A stretch of DNA of 64,000 nucleotides from Minisyncoccota bacterium (lineage in GTDB: Bacteria > Patescibacteriota > Minisyncoccia > Phycocordibacterales > UBA2100), in NCBI GenBank assembly GCA_031291875.1, contig JARLIE010000183.1, positions 129,356 to 193,355 of the forward strand, read 5' to 3'. Below the pieces are notes generated by a model, which was not told the DNA's origin, searched no databases, and was given only the letters and a program-made list of their open reading frames with translations. Below, piece by piece: positions 49,982 through 59,553 of this stretch; the stretch's first letter is position 1; every line of letters starts with the position of its first letter. The position numbers and the translations under genes are program-made.

Positions 49982-51265
49982 TTATCGATTCGGTACGCAC
50001 GTGAGTGCCGATTGATTCGGCGGCGTTTGGCACGTTCCGGAAACGGTTCCGTTTTGCGCCGAGAACGAACAAGAAGCGCCGCTGCTATTGCCAGCGCATG
50101 CGGAAATTGCCGCCTGTGGAGGAGAAGGCGGCATTCCTTGCGAGCTCTGATTTTGTGTTCCTTGTTGCGGCTGACCTGACCCTCCCGCGGATTGCGAAGC
50201 GCCGCCCGGTTTTGGTTCGTACGATTTTCCACGGAAACAAGAAACGGAATACGGGAAATCTTGCGTGAGCACGTAGTGGTACATCGTCAGCGATTTGCCG
50301 TCGAGTGTGATTTGACTCGTGAGCCCATGACACTCGTCGAGATCGGCTGTGTGCAGGTAGTTGCCGCTGGGCAAAAGCGAACCGGTAATCGGGAAGCCGT
50401 CGAACGCGAATCCAACCACGGTCGAGACCGATTCTTTGACCGGTCCGCTTTCGAAACCGTGGTTGTGATACACACCCGTTTCATCCGGATGGCCTTCCGC
50501 TTGATCCTGCGTTTCGTGCGCGACCGCGTCTCGATATTCTGCGTCGAACCCGTCGAAGAGAGTGACACCATCGTCCATGATGCCAACCTGTCCGTAGATA
50601 CAATCAGGCGTCGCGAGTGTCGTGGGATGTACCGGCAATGTGAAGGTAAGGTTCTGCGCTTCAATCGTATTGGGATTGCGGTCTATCTGATACGCCGGAT
50701 CGGAACTTTGGATAGGAAACACGCCGGTGTTGTGATCGGTCGGGAGATCGTTGCTCTTGATAATTCGCTCACTCCCTGAAACCGTCATTGAATAGCTTGC
50801 ATTCGGCCAGCTGACGGAACCTTCGACTGCAATCTTTTGCGCGGGATACCATACGTTGCCGCTGATCCATGTTGGATTTCCTTGGGCACCTCCCCCTCCC
50901 TGCGCGACATGACACACATAGATGTATCCCTTCTTCGGGGCGGACGTCGAGTACTCGTAATCTCCGAGCGGAACGATTGTTTGCCAAGCGGAACCAGTCG
51001 GCAGCGTGACTTGCGTCGCGACGCCTGAGTTGGCCGATTCGCTACTCGTCGGAGCCGCTACGCTCGCGTGCGATGAAACTGTAGTTTGAAAGGTCGAATT
51101 GTTAGCAGATCCTGCGGTGGTTTGCGCCGGCGCAACAGCCACTTGTTGTGTCACTGTCGCCGCATGCTGCTGCGGTGACAGCACAACCGGTGCCTGCGGC
51201 GCGCCCAAACCTAGCAGTGATAAGAACCCTAACCACACTGAAACAAACAACGCTGCAATATTCAT
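49982..51265 (-). CDS. Secreted YHYH-domain protein
   Basis: GHP...GVYHNH, GFAFDGFPI, LDECHG, YHYV.T..FPY...C; C-terminal Cys-rich module. Confidence 0.85.
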   Translation of the reverse strand: MNIAALFVSVWLGFLSLLGLGAPQAPVVLSPQQHAATVTQQVAVAPAQTTAGSANNSTFQTTVSSHASVAAPTSSESANSGVATQVTLPTGSAWQTIVPLGDYEYSTSAPKKGYIYVCHVAQGGGGAQGNPTWISGNVWYPAQKIAVEGSVSWPNASYSMTVSGSERIIKSNDLPTDHNTGVFPIQSSDPAYQIDRNPNTIEAQNLTFTLPVHPTTLATPDCIYGQVGIMDDGVTLFDGFDAEYRDAVAHETQDQAEGHPDETGVYHNHGFESGPVKESVSTVVGFAFDGFPITGSLLPSGNYLHTADLDECHGLTSQITLDGKSLTMYHYVLTQDFPYSVSCFRGKSYEPKPGGASQSAGGSGQPQQGTQNQSSQGMPPSPPQAAISACAGNSSGASCSFSAQNGTVSGTCQTPPNQSALTCVPNR

Positions 51266-51503
51266 ACCCGCAGTATATAAAAGAGAGCCGCCGAAATTTA
51301 CTTAATCCACAAGCGATATGCGAGATTCAAAGGGAAATAAAACCGCGCAAATGCGCATCTTTTAGCGGATAAGCTTGGGCGGCGTATGTCCCAAGCTCCT
51401 GGTTCGCCAGTACTATCGCGCCACCCTTCCTGCCAGCTTCGTATTCTATAGAAGCGGCTCTGAACCGCGTGTGAAAGGAAGGAGCACTCCGAAGTTCTAC
51501 CGC

Positions 51504-53000
51504 TTAAGCGAACCCTGGGAAGTAGTCTGTCTTGATTCGGGTGCGCCGCACCCCCATTCCACGAAGCATGTCCTTGAATGCACTCACCATCCCCTGCGGG
51601 CCCGAAATATAGAATGTTCGATCTAAAAGGTCCGGCACTTCTTTCGCGACGAGCTCTGCATCGATCGTCGATCCTTGCTCACTGAACGCGTAGACGACTT
51701 TGACGCCGAGTTCTCGCTGCGCGCGATCGAGCAGCTCGTGGTACACCGCATCGGCCGATGTTTTGTTCGAGTACAGAACGACGATGTCTCGCCTTTCGCC
51801 GACATCGAGCAGGTATTCGATCATGCTGCGAAACGGCGTAATGCCGATCCCGCCTGCGATAAAGACAAGTTTTTTGCGCGAATCGCGGGGCAAGGTGAAA
51901 TCGCCAGAAACCTGCGAGACGACCAGCTGCTGCCCCGGCTGCATGGCGTAGAGATGTTGTTTGAACGTGCTCGCCGGCGAATAGAATTTTACGCCGACGC
52001 GCAGGTCCGGATCGGTCGGTGAAGACGCTATCGTGAAGTATCGTCGCACGCTGCGGCTATCCGCGTGCGCGTGCGCGAGCGTCCATTCCATGTACTGCCC
52101 CGGGGCGTACGAAAACGCGCGCTCGGGCTGGAAAACGAACTCGAATACGTCGTGCGAGAGCTGCAGCTTTTCTTTGAGCGTGAGAACCAACTTTTCTTTC
52201 GAGCCGACAATGTAGGTGCCGAGGTTGCCAAGCAAGAGCGCGAGCTCGGGCGTGAAGTAGAACGAACCAATACTCACGTTGGGCAAGAAACAAACACCGA
52301 CGCCGAATGCATACAGCAGACGCCAGAGGCGCGAACCAGGGCTCGTCGCGGGCTCCGTTAGCATGATGGTTGAAAAGAAAAACGCGGGCGCGTAGATAAA
52401 GGATTGCTGGAACGAGCGAACGACGTCGAGACTATGATCGAACGAGAAGTACGCAATGCCAGCGGCGAACGTCAGCATGAACGTCCACCAAAGATCAAAG
52501 CGGTGAATTTTGCGCACGATCAAGAGTCCGCCCACTAGCGCAAAGGGTGCCATCGCAAGCGTACCGACCCACCAGCTCGCGGAGAGTCCCAGGGCAAAGG
52601 CTGTCGCCGCGACGCCGAACGCTGCCGGATTGAAGAGGTGCTTCTTGCGGATCGCGATGATGTATTTCGAGGCGATGGCGATCGAAGAGGCCCAGAACGC
52701 GAGCGGTATATAGGTCGCGTCAAAAAACGACGTCGGCGGCGTGATGATAAGCGCGAGGATGAGCGCCGTGATCCAGGTCGATTCTGGGTTGTATGGTGTT
52801 TCGAACGCGTAGGCGAATACATTATTGGTCGCCCAACAAACAAAGAAGATAAAAGCGGTGGACGCTGCGATCGAAATGGGGTTGTACGAGAGCATACCAA
52901 AAAACCCGAGTGTGGCAGCCGTTGCAAGCAAGAAGATCAACTCGTACAACACGAGCCGATACATCGTAATGCGGTTCAGGATGTTATCGATCGCTTTCAT
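51504..53000 (-). CDS. RnfD/NqrB-like membrane domain fused to an FNR-type FAD/NAD(P)-binding oxidoreductase
   Basis: KH.FNPAA, MLTEP.TSP; PGQY, R.FTIASSP, AGGIGITPF, SGP..MV, DYFPG. Confidence 0.9.
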   Translation of the reverse strand: MKAIDNILNRITMYRLVLYELIFLLATAATLGFFGMLSYNPISIAASTAFIFFVCWATNNVFAYAFETPYNPESTWITALILALIITPPTSFFDATYIPLAFWASSIAIASKYIIAIRKKHLFNPAAFGVAATAFALGLSASWWVGTLAMAPFALVGGLLIVRKIHRFDLWWTFMLTFAAGIAYFSFDHSLDVVRSFQQSFIYAPAFFFSTIMLTEPATSPGSRLWRLLYAFGVGVCFLPNVSIGSFYFTPELALLLGNLGTYIVGSKEKLVLTLKEKLQLSHDVFEFVFQPERAFSYAPGQYMEWTLAHAHADSRSVRRYFTIASSPTDPDLRVGVKFYSPASTFKQHLYAMQPGQQLVVSQVSGDFTLPRDSRKKLVFIAGGIGITPFRSMIEYLLDVGERRDIVVLYSNKTSADAVYHELLDRAQRELGVKVVYAFSEQGSTIDAELVAKEVPDLLDRTFYISGPQGMVSAFKDMLRGMGVRRTRIKTDYFPGFA

Positions 53001-53739
53001 ATTCGTAGTGCGTGAACCCGAGTGTTTTAACCGCCGTTCCACTTTGATCAATCTGGTATCCTTCAAAACCTTCGAGTGAGCCGATGAACGAGATCCCCTG
53101 TTCGCCCATCGCAAATGCCGCGGTCGCGAAACGGTCGGCCTCGTACACGTTCGGGCCAATCACCGTGAGACTCGCGACCGTCGTTTCAACCGGTTTCTTC
53201 GCGATCGGATCATAGATATGCGCTCCGCGCGCGGCCGTCCCGGACGTCGCGATGCCCCGCCCTTGCGGGCATACTACTTTCACGATCTCATCGTGCGCAA
53301 GCGGATTACGAATACCGATTCGCCACTCCTGTGCGTCGGAATTTTTTCCCGCCGTTTGAATATCGCCCGCGATTTCGACATAGAAATTTTCGTACCCGCT
53401 CGAGCGCAATATATCGGCCGCTTTCTGAATAGCCCAGCCCTTCACGATACCCGAAGGATCGATGGAGCCGTTCGGCGTTGCTATATCAAAGTACCCGTTC
53501 GTTTGACGTTTCGTTTCTTCAGCGAGCGCAAAGATCTCGCGCATTTCCCTGCTGTAATCAGCCTGGGTTAGTTCACCGCGGTTGATTCGTGAAATTTCTG
53601 AGTCGGGTTTGTAGGTACTGAACCGCTCATCGACACTCGTAAAGAAATCGAAAGCGGTATCTAGTGATTCTTGTTTCACCGAGACATCGACGATTTCCAC
53701 CGTGGCCGGCATTCCCATGCTGTGGCGCGTTTCTTTCAT
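52984..53739 (-). CDS. apbE: FAD:protein FMN transferase (ApbE)
   Basis: MG, FSTY...SE, DPSG.VKGW, GIATSG...RG.HI.DP, AD..ATA.FAMG. Confidence 0.93.
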   Translation of the reverse strand: MKETRHSMGMPATVEIVDVSVKQESLDTAFDFFTSVDERFSTYKPDSEISRINRGELTQADYSREMREIFALAEETKRQTNGYFDIATPNGSIDPSGIVKGWAIQKAADILRSSGYENFYVEIAGDIQTAGKNSDAQEWRIGIRNPLAHDEIVKVVCPQGRGIATSGTAARGAHIYDPIAKKPVETTVASLTVIGPNVYEADRFATAAFAMGEQGISFIGSLEGFEGYQIDQSGTAVKTLGFTHYEYESDR

Positions 53740-53741
53740 GG

Positions 53742-54395
53742 TTAGCTCTTGGCCTGCGAGAGTGCCGAAGCGAGCGACTGTGCAAACGCAGGGCTTGATT
53801 CGGATGCGCCCGAAACACCGTTGATGTTCGCGCTCTGTGCCGAAATAGCCTCGCTCACCAAAATCGGCATTGCCTGCTGATTGATGTAGCGCGAGGTACT
53901 GCGATCGTTTGGATACTGAAGAACCACGACGTTAACGAGTTTGCCGCCGGAGATAACCGCCTGCACTTGTACGTTGCCATAGTAGGCATTTGCGACACTT
54001 CCGGTGTAGGTGCCATCGACATACTGACCCTTGGGCTTTGCAACAGGGGTCGGCTGTGCCTGCGTCGGCGTGCTGGTAGTTTTACTTGGTTGTGTCGATG
54101 CGGAAGCAACGTTCGATTGGGTCGTTTGCGTCTGCACGACAGTAGTTTCACTGCTGTCATCCGTGCCGCCGTCGCCCACATTTTCTTGCTGTTCGGAAGC
54201 GCTTTGGACGGATCCCGATTGAGCGGAAGACGCGGAGCTGGCGAGCGGCTGCCCCGAGGTTTGTGTTTGTGCGGTCGTTACCTGCGCAGGATTTTGATTT
54301 GCAGCACTAACGATAGTTCCATTAGCGAGATATTGAAACGCCGCGTAGCCCGCGAAGAGTACGAGAAACACGAATGATGTGAGGAATTTTTTCAT
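53742..54395 (-). CDS. Membrane-anchored FMN-binding (flavinylated) domain protein
   Basis: Y.DGTYTG, YG.VQV, flavinylation-like motif NGVSGAS.SS. Confidence 0.9.
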   Translation of the reverse strand: MKKFLTSFVFLVLFAGYAAFQYLANGTIVSAANQNPAQVTTAQTQTSGQPLASSASSAQSGSVQSASEQQENVGDGGTDDSSETTVVQTQTTQSNVASASTQPSKTTSTPTQAQPTPVAKPKGQYVDGTYTGSVANAYYGNVQVQAVISGGKLVNVVVLQYPNDRSTSRYINQQAMPILVSEAISAQSANINGVSGASESSPAFAQSLASALSQAKS

Positions 54396-54474
54396 GGTTT
54401 TTGAGGGTTATACTGCTATACCCCATGACCCTACTACGCTCCTAGTTTGCTCTTATTTCACCCAGCAAAGGCCA

Positions 54475-55194
54475 TCAATGGCCCACAGGAGGCGGCATTT
54501 CTTCCATACCATCCGCTTGAACGACGGGGCCATTTGGCGTCCCCAAGACGAACACCTGTTCGCCAATTGAGAGTGTGGAGGTAGCGTATCCGGCAGGTAG
54601 CGCGATGGTGAGCGCTCGATCGTCCAGATCACGATCGTAATCGTTATGTGACACGGTGATTTGATCGCCAGTGATGGCGGTTATCGTCCCGCGAAATACA
54701 CCCGCATCATGGTGAGAGTTGTGGATGTCTTCATAGGCCTGACCGATCAGGGGCAAGTTTCCCCGATCTGCAAGACCGAGCAATTGCCCGTTGAGCGGCG
54801 TGCTGTAGATGCCCGCTGCGAGCACCCCACTCATGGTGAACACGACAGCAAATAGCGTGATGAGCGGGATCCGATACGCAAACTTGAATCCTTGGAGCAG
54901 CCATTCGAGAAAGATGACGAGCAAAATATCGGCGATGGTCGGCACCCATGGAAAGAGCACGAAGAGCGTCTGAATACCGCGAATACCAAAACCGAGCAAG
55001 AACTGCTCGCCGCTTTCGTGGAGACTGAACGCGATAAAACTCAGAACGTATGCTGAGAGCGCGAGCACGAAGAGCGACACGATCGCGGAAAGTGCGATGC
55101 GAGCAATAAAGTAGGCGCGCGATCGAATCGGCACACGCTTCACGCGCTCCAGCACATTTTCACGTATTCGTTTTTGCAGGTCTTGTTCATTCAT
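54475..55194 (-). CDS. Putative membrane anti-sigma factor
   Basis: Overlaps the end of the ECF sigma gene; about 3 TM helices plus a C-terminal OB-like beta domain. Confidence 0.65.
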   Translation of the reverse strand: MNEQDLQKRIRENVLERVKRVPIRSRAYFIARIALSAIVSLFVLALSAYVLSFIAFSLHESGEQFLLGFGIRGIQTLFVLFPWVPTIADILLVIFLEWLLQGFKFAYRIPLITLFAVVFTMSGVLAAGIYSTPLNGQLLGLADRGNLPLIGQAYEDIHNSHHDAGVFRGTITAITGDQITVSHNDYDRDLDDRALTIALPAGYATSTLSIGEQVFVLGTPNGPVVQADGMEEMPPPVGH

Positions 55195-55753
55195 ACTTAG
55201 TTCGATGCTGATCCATGGTTTTCTTCAGACGCTGTTTGGCTCGCGAAAGCCGGATACCTACGGTACCGACCGGAATGTGCAAAATATCGGCGATCTCCTG
55301 GTATTTGAAACCTTCAAAATAATGCAAGTCGACGATTTCTCGATACTGCGGCGCAAGCTCCTCAAGGTGCTTCTCTAATAATACGCGCATTTCCTCGCGC
55401 TCTTTCTCCCCCTCGTCCGGATCTTCATACACCGGATGTGGAACGACACGATCGAAATCGAGCCCGTAAATGGGGCCTTTGGCGCGCTTTCGAAGTGCAT
55501 CGACGAACGCGTTGTGCGCAATGCGATAAATCCACGGTGAAAACCGGCGGGTCGAGTCGAAGTCGCGAATGTTTTGGTACACCGTCACGAACACATCCTG
55601 CACGATATCGCCTACCTCATCGTCGGACGCAAGAAAACGATGTCCGTAGCGCAAAAGCTTTTTCGTGTAGCGCTCCATCAGCGTGGCGAGCGCGCCTTGG
55701 TCGCCAACCTGCAATTGCGCGGCCAGCGCCTCGTCGGTGAGATCCGCATCCAT
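55187..55753 (-). CDS. ECF RNA polymerase sigma factor
   Basis: DIVQDVF, FSPWIYRIAHN, Y.EIA.IL.IP.GTV..RL.RA. Confidence 0.95.
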   Translation of the reverse strand: MDADLTDEALAAQLQVGDQGALATLMERYTKKLLRYGHRFLASDDEVGDIVQDVFVTVYQNIRDFDSTRRFSPWIYRIAHNAFVDALRKRAKGPIYGLDFDRVVPHPVYEDPDEGEKEREEMRVLLEKHLEELAPQYREIVDLHYFEGFKYQEIADILHIPVGTVGIRLSRAKQRLKKTMDQHRTKYE

Positions 55754-55840
55754 TAGAGCAGTATAGGACGGTTTGCCTATCACTGGAAACTACAAAACAA
55801 AAACCCGGGATTACCGGGTTTTTGCGATACGATCGTACTG

Positions 55841-57334
55841 CTAGTACGAGGAACGAACATTCACCTGGAAGGCTGCGTTCGTGCCATCGTCTTGTGTCAG
55901 CGTAATTGGGTAGTTATTTGCCGTCTGACCGACCGAGAGTGTGATCGGTGGGATCGGAACAACCGCGATCATGCAGCGTATCTGCGGCGGTGTGTCCGAA
56001 GGGAACGAGTTCCAGCAGCCCACCGGCGTGAGCTGGATCGTCGCACTCGTCGAAGAAAGACTCGTCAGTGTGAAGTAGTAGCTTTGGTTACGTACTTCGG
56101 CGACACCTCCTTGCTTGAGTGTGACTGTCGCGGGCGCAGTAATGCGCTGATCGCTGGAAGTAGCCGTGCTCGTCGCGCTCACCGTTACTTGTGTCGTAGC
56201 CAAGATCGGGATGTTCGGACAATTACAGATACCGTTTTCCGGGCAAGAACACAGGTTGTTGGTGAGTGTCGCCGTGAAGGTCCCCGCCGACGTGTACGTG
56301 TGCGAGACCCTGCTCATCGCGTTGCAACTTGAGCACACCGGCACCGGGAAGAGTTTTGCTGAGGTTCCGTCGCCGAAATCAACAGTGTTGCCGAGAGTCG
56401 TGCCTTGCGGCGCGGACGCCATGAACTGCACTGTTAGCGACGAAACTCCCGAAGAAGGCGAAGCGGTGAAGCTTACGCTATTGGGAGTCGTCGTGCCGAC
56501 CGTGATTTGCGTCGCAGCGACGACCTGCGGAGCCGGGAGCATGAACGCGGAGGCAGTCTGCGCGCACATGAGACCTGCCGGGCACTTGAACGGCGTCTGT
56601 TTGAGAAGTTTGGCCGTGTACGTGCCGTTCGAGTTGTAGGTGTGAGCGACGGAGTAGGAGCAGCGAATGCCGCCCTGACCGCCGACGATCGCTGTGATGC
56701 CGACACAGCTTCCCTTGGTCATCGACGTGCTTGAGCCGTCGCCGAAGTCGACACTGTACTGCGTCGTGCTCGCGTTGATGGAATCGTTGGTGGTAAATGT
56801 CACGGTAAGCGGCGCTGCGCCGGATTGCGGATCAGCGGAGAAGTATTGCTGGTTCTGCTCACCTTGACCTTCCCCATTGCCACTCCCACAGAAACGGCCG
56901 TAGTACGAGCGGGACATTGGCCCGAAGATGCCGAAGCCGATACCACTCGAGTGTGCGATGCCGTTATCGTCCTGCCAATGACCGAGCGCGGCGCGCGTGA
57001 GAGACCCGAAGTACCCCGTGGAAGAGGCACTAAGGTAACCGTGCGCCTGCAGGAAAGCCTGCAGTTCCATGACGTCTTCGCCTCGATCACCGATCGAGAG
57101 CGAGCGCGAGAACGAAGGGCAGGAAGCAGTAACCGTGCCAGTTATTGAACCTGAACCCGAAACACCGGATCCTGAAACCGAGGTCGAAGCACTTCCCTGC
57201 ATTTGGAGTGCCTGAATTTGGGCTAAAAGACTAGCAATTTGTGCTTGAAGTTCGCCAATCGTAGCCGCGGAGGAGATGAACGGCACCGCAAGGAACGCTA
57301 CCGTTAGTCCTGCGAGTAAGGTTTTTGTACGCAT
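55841..57334 (-). CDS. Secreted peptidoglycan-binding plus PKD domain surface protein
   Basis: Signal peptide, LQAQIA.LL coil, PG-binding motif, two DFGDG...HTY...GT PKD repeats. Confidence 0.87.
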   Translation of the reverse strand: MRTKTLLAGLTVAFLAVPFISSAATIGELQAQIASLLAQIQALQMQGSASTSVSGSGVSGSGSITGTVTASCPSFSRSLSIGDRGEDVMELQAFLQAHGYLSASSTGYFGSLTRAALGHWQDDNGIAHSSGIGFGIFGPMSRSYYGRFCGSGNGEGQGEQNQQYFSADPQSGAAPLTVTFTTNDSINASTTQYSVDFGDGSSTSMTKGSCVGITAIVGGQGGIRCSYSVAHTYNSNGTYTAKLLKQTPFKCPAGLMCAQTASAFMLPAPQVVAATQITVGTTTPNSVSFTASPSSGVSSLTVQFMASAPQGTTLGNTVDFGDGTSAKLFPVPVCSSCNAMSRVSHTYTSAGTFTATLTNNLCSCPENGICNCPNIPILATTQVTVSATSTATSSDQRITAPATVTLKQGGVAEVRNQSYYFTLTSLSSTSATIQLTPVGCWNSFPSDTPPQIRCMIAVVPIPPITLSVGQTANNYPITLTQDDGTNAAFQVNVRSSY

Positions 57335-57413
57335 AGATAAAAGACTAATTTGACTGCTATGTATATATAGACTGATTATTGCATGAATTCTTACCGCGGG
57401 GCTGGGCGGGCAG

Positions 57414-58721
57414 TTAACTCACCTCCCCGAGCATCGGCAATCCCAACCGGCGGCGGCCGTGTTCGCCTTTGAACATCTGCTCTTCCCGGCTGGTGAGTTC
57501 GCCGCGCTCGCCCGCGTGCGAAAGATGGGTCATGGCGTGGAAGCTGGAGCCGAGGAAGACGACGTGCTTGCCGAAGCGCTCCGAAAGTTCGTCGACGCTT
57601 TCGAAGACTCGCTGCAAGCCTTCGGTCTTCATAGCTGCGCCAAAAAGATCGAGCTGCGCCGAGCCGGCGTCGTGAAGCTTCATCAGTGTGATGCCGGTCG
57701 TGCGATACGGCGTGCCGCTGCGGTACACCTTCGGGTACTGCTCGGCAACGGCGCGCAAAATATCCTGCGGCACGTTGGTCGAGTTCGAGAGCTTCACCTC
57801 GCAGCCGTGGTAGCGGAAATCCTGCGTTTTGAGGAAGAAGAAGATTTCTTTGGTCGCGAGATTCCAGCGACGTGCTTTGATGCAGGCGTTCTCGACGTTT
57901 TTGGAAAGCTGCGAAAAAATGAATTTAGAATCGCGCGAAGGCGGCGTAAACGTGCGCGTCTTTTCGATGGATTGATAGCTCGATTTATGCTCGGTCGTGA
58001 ATTCGAGCGTGGACTCCCCGTTGAGCTCTTTCCAGAGTTGGAAATACGGCTTCGAAAGGTTCGCCAAGATCCACTCCTCGCTACGCTCGGCAAACTGAAG
58101 CGCGGTTTTTATTCCGAACTTTTCCAAATACGCGGTGGTGTTGGGGCCGATGCCCCAAATCTTCCCCGCCGCCGTTGCGGCAAGATATCGTTTGGAATCT
58201 TTCAGCGGGATACACGTGAGCCCGTCTGGCTTCTTCCATTTCGAACCGAGCTTCGCGAGAACTTTCGTCGCCGAAAGTCCGACGGAAAACGTCATGCCGA
58301 GCTCCAGTTCGAGCTCCGCCTTGATCGCGTGTGCCATATCCGGGTAGCGCATGCGCAGGGCCTGGCGCATGCCGGTGAGATCGGCGAAACACTCGTCGAT
58401 CGAATATTCTTCGACGGTCGGCGTGTAGCGACGCACGATCGAGTACATGCGCTCCGAAAAGAGCGAGTATGTTTCGTAATCCGAAGGCAACACGATCGCT
58501 TCCGGACAAATCTTTTTGGCCTCCGAGAGAATCATGCCGCGCGACACGCCGCGGGCCTTCACGTCGTAGGTCATCGCAGAGACGATGCCGCGCTCTTTGC
58601 CGGTGATGACCGGCTTACCCTTGAGACGCGGATCTCTCGCGATCTCGCATGACGCGAAAAAAGAATCGCCGTCGACATGCAAGATTGCGCGCGGATAACT
58701 GCGAGGGCCTCCCCAGGTCAT
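57414..58721 (-). CDS. dinB: Y-family DNA polymerase (DinB/UmuC-like)
   Basis: HVDGDSFFASCE, YSIDE, KP.G, WGIG, QLDLF clamp-binding motif. Confidence 0.93.
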   Translation of the reverse strand: MTWGGPRSYPRAILHVDGDSFFASCEIARDPRLKGKPVITGKERGIVSAMTYDVKARGVSRGMILSEAKKICPEAIVLPSDYETYSLFSERMYSIVRRYTPTVEEYSIDECFADLTGMRQALRMRYPDMAHAIKAELELELGMTFSVGLSATKVLAKLGSKWKKPDGLTCIPLKDSKRYLAATAAGKIWGIGPNTTAYLEKFGIKTALQFAERSEEWILANLSKPYFQLWKELNGESTLEFTTEHKSSYQSIEKTRTFTPPSRDSKFIFSQLSKNVENACIKARRWNLATKEIFFFLKTQDFRYHGCEVKLSNSTNVPQDILRAVAEQYPKVYRSGTPYRTTGITLMKLHDAGSAQLDLFGAAMKTEGLQRVFESVDELSERFGKHVVFLGSSFHAMTHLSHAGERGELTSREEQMFKGEHGRRRLGLPMLGEVS

Positions 58722-58733
58722 AGTGATATTTGA

Positions 58734-58889
58734 CGCGAATTCCGTAAGCGTTGCGTGTTTTTGTCGCCCTGCGGAACGCAAGCGCCCTCACGCTCAGCAG
58801 AAACCCTCAAGTGTTCCCTTGAGGATTTCTGCTGTAGCTGCGGGTTCGGTCCTCGGTCGCAAAAACACGCAACGCTTACGGAATTCGCG
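58734..58889. repeat. 156-bp palindromic element with 30-bp perfect terminal inverted repeats (MITE/REPIN-like or structured RNA)
   Basis: cgcgaattccgtaagcgttgcgtgtttttg (58734-58763) is the exact reverse complement of 58860-58889; inner stem cagcagaaaccctcaag/cttgaggatttctgctg. Confidence 0.85.
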
Positions 58890-58900
58890 AACATACCCTT

Positions 58901-59476
58901 TTAATATTTCCGAACGACCGCAGTCACGACCGCCTCGACACGAAAAGCCTCGCTCGGATAGATCGGCTTGTATTTTTCGTTGGCAGGTTCGAGAAAATAT
59001 TTCTCGCCCTTCTTGCGCAGGTACTTCATCGTGTACTCGCCGTCGACCATCGCTATCACGATTTGTCCGGGCTTGTAGGTCGCTTTGCGCTCGACGATGA
59101 CCATATCGCCCTCGCGAATACCGGCATCGATCATCGAATCGCCTTTGACCTTGAGGATATAGCTCGCCTCTTTATTCGGCACGAGATACTCGTCGAAATT
59201 CATAACGTCGAGCAGCTCTTCTTCAGCGGCCGAAGGAAACCCAGCCTCGACGAGCCCGAGAAGCGGAATACCTTCGACACTCTTCTGGAGGGTGCGTGGG
59301 GTTAGTTTTCCCTGCTGATCTTTGTCTACGACGCCGTCTTCCACGAGTTTCTCGACGAGTTTAAATACCGCGTTTTTGGAGCGAAAGCCAGTCAATTCCA
59401 TGATTTCCGCATAGCTCGGCATGCGCTTGCGGCGCTCGTAAAACGAAAGAATCTTCTTTTTATAGGCTTCGTACAT
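58901..59476 (-). CDS. lexA: LexA repressor (wHTH plus S24 peptidase)
   Basis: PSY.EI....GF.S..AV HTH, AG cleavage site (EAGFP), GDSM Ser, TMK Lys. Confidence 0.92.
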   Translation of the reverse strand: MYEAYKKKILSFYERRKRMPSYAEIMELTGFRSKNAVFKLVEKLVEDGVVDKDQQGKLTPRTLQKSVEGIPLLGLVEAGFPSAAEEELLDVMNFDEYLVPNKEASYILKVKGDSMIDAGIREGDMVIVERKATYKPGQIVIAMVDGEYTMKYLRKKGEKYFLEPANEKYKPIYPSEAFRVEAVVTAVVRKY

Positions 59477-59482
59477 GCCCAA

Positions 59483-59511
59483 AGTATAGGTGAACGCTCG
59501 TTCACCGTCAA
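59483..59511 (-). promoter_or_regulatory. Sigma70 promoter of lexA with a LexA operator in its spacer
   Basis: TTGACG-17 bp-TATACT-6 nt-ATG; palindrome GGTGAAC-N4-GTTCACC at 59489-59506. Confidence 0.85.
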
Positions 59512-59553
59512 TGGGGATAAGCGATTTCGGAACAATACTGCCCTACGCGCAAG

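Noticed and set aside
51266-51503. Several small stems between the RnfD-FNR and YHYH genes as a possible riboswitch (e.g. FMN)
   Set aside because: Lacks the conserved FMN-riboswitch sequence motifs, the stems are short, and YHYH has its own -10 signal next to the ATG.
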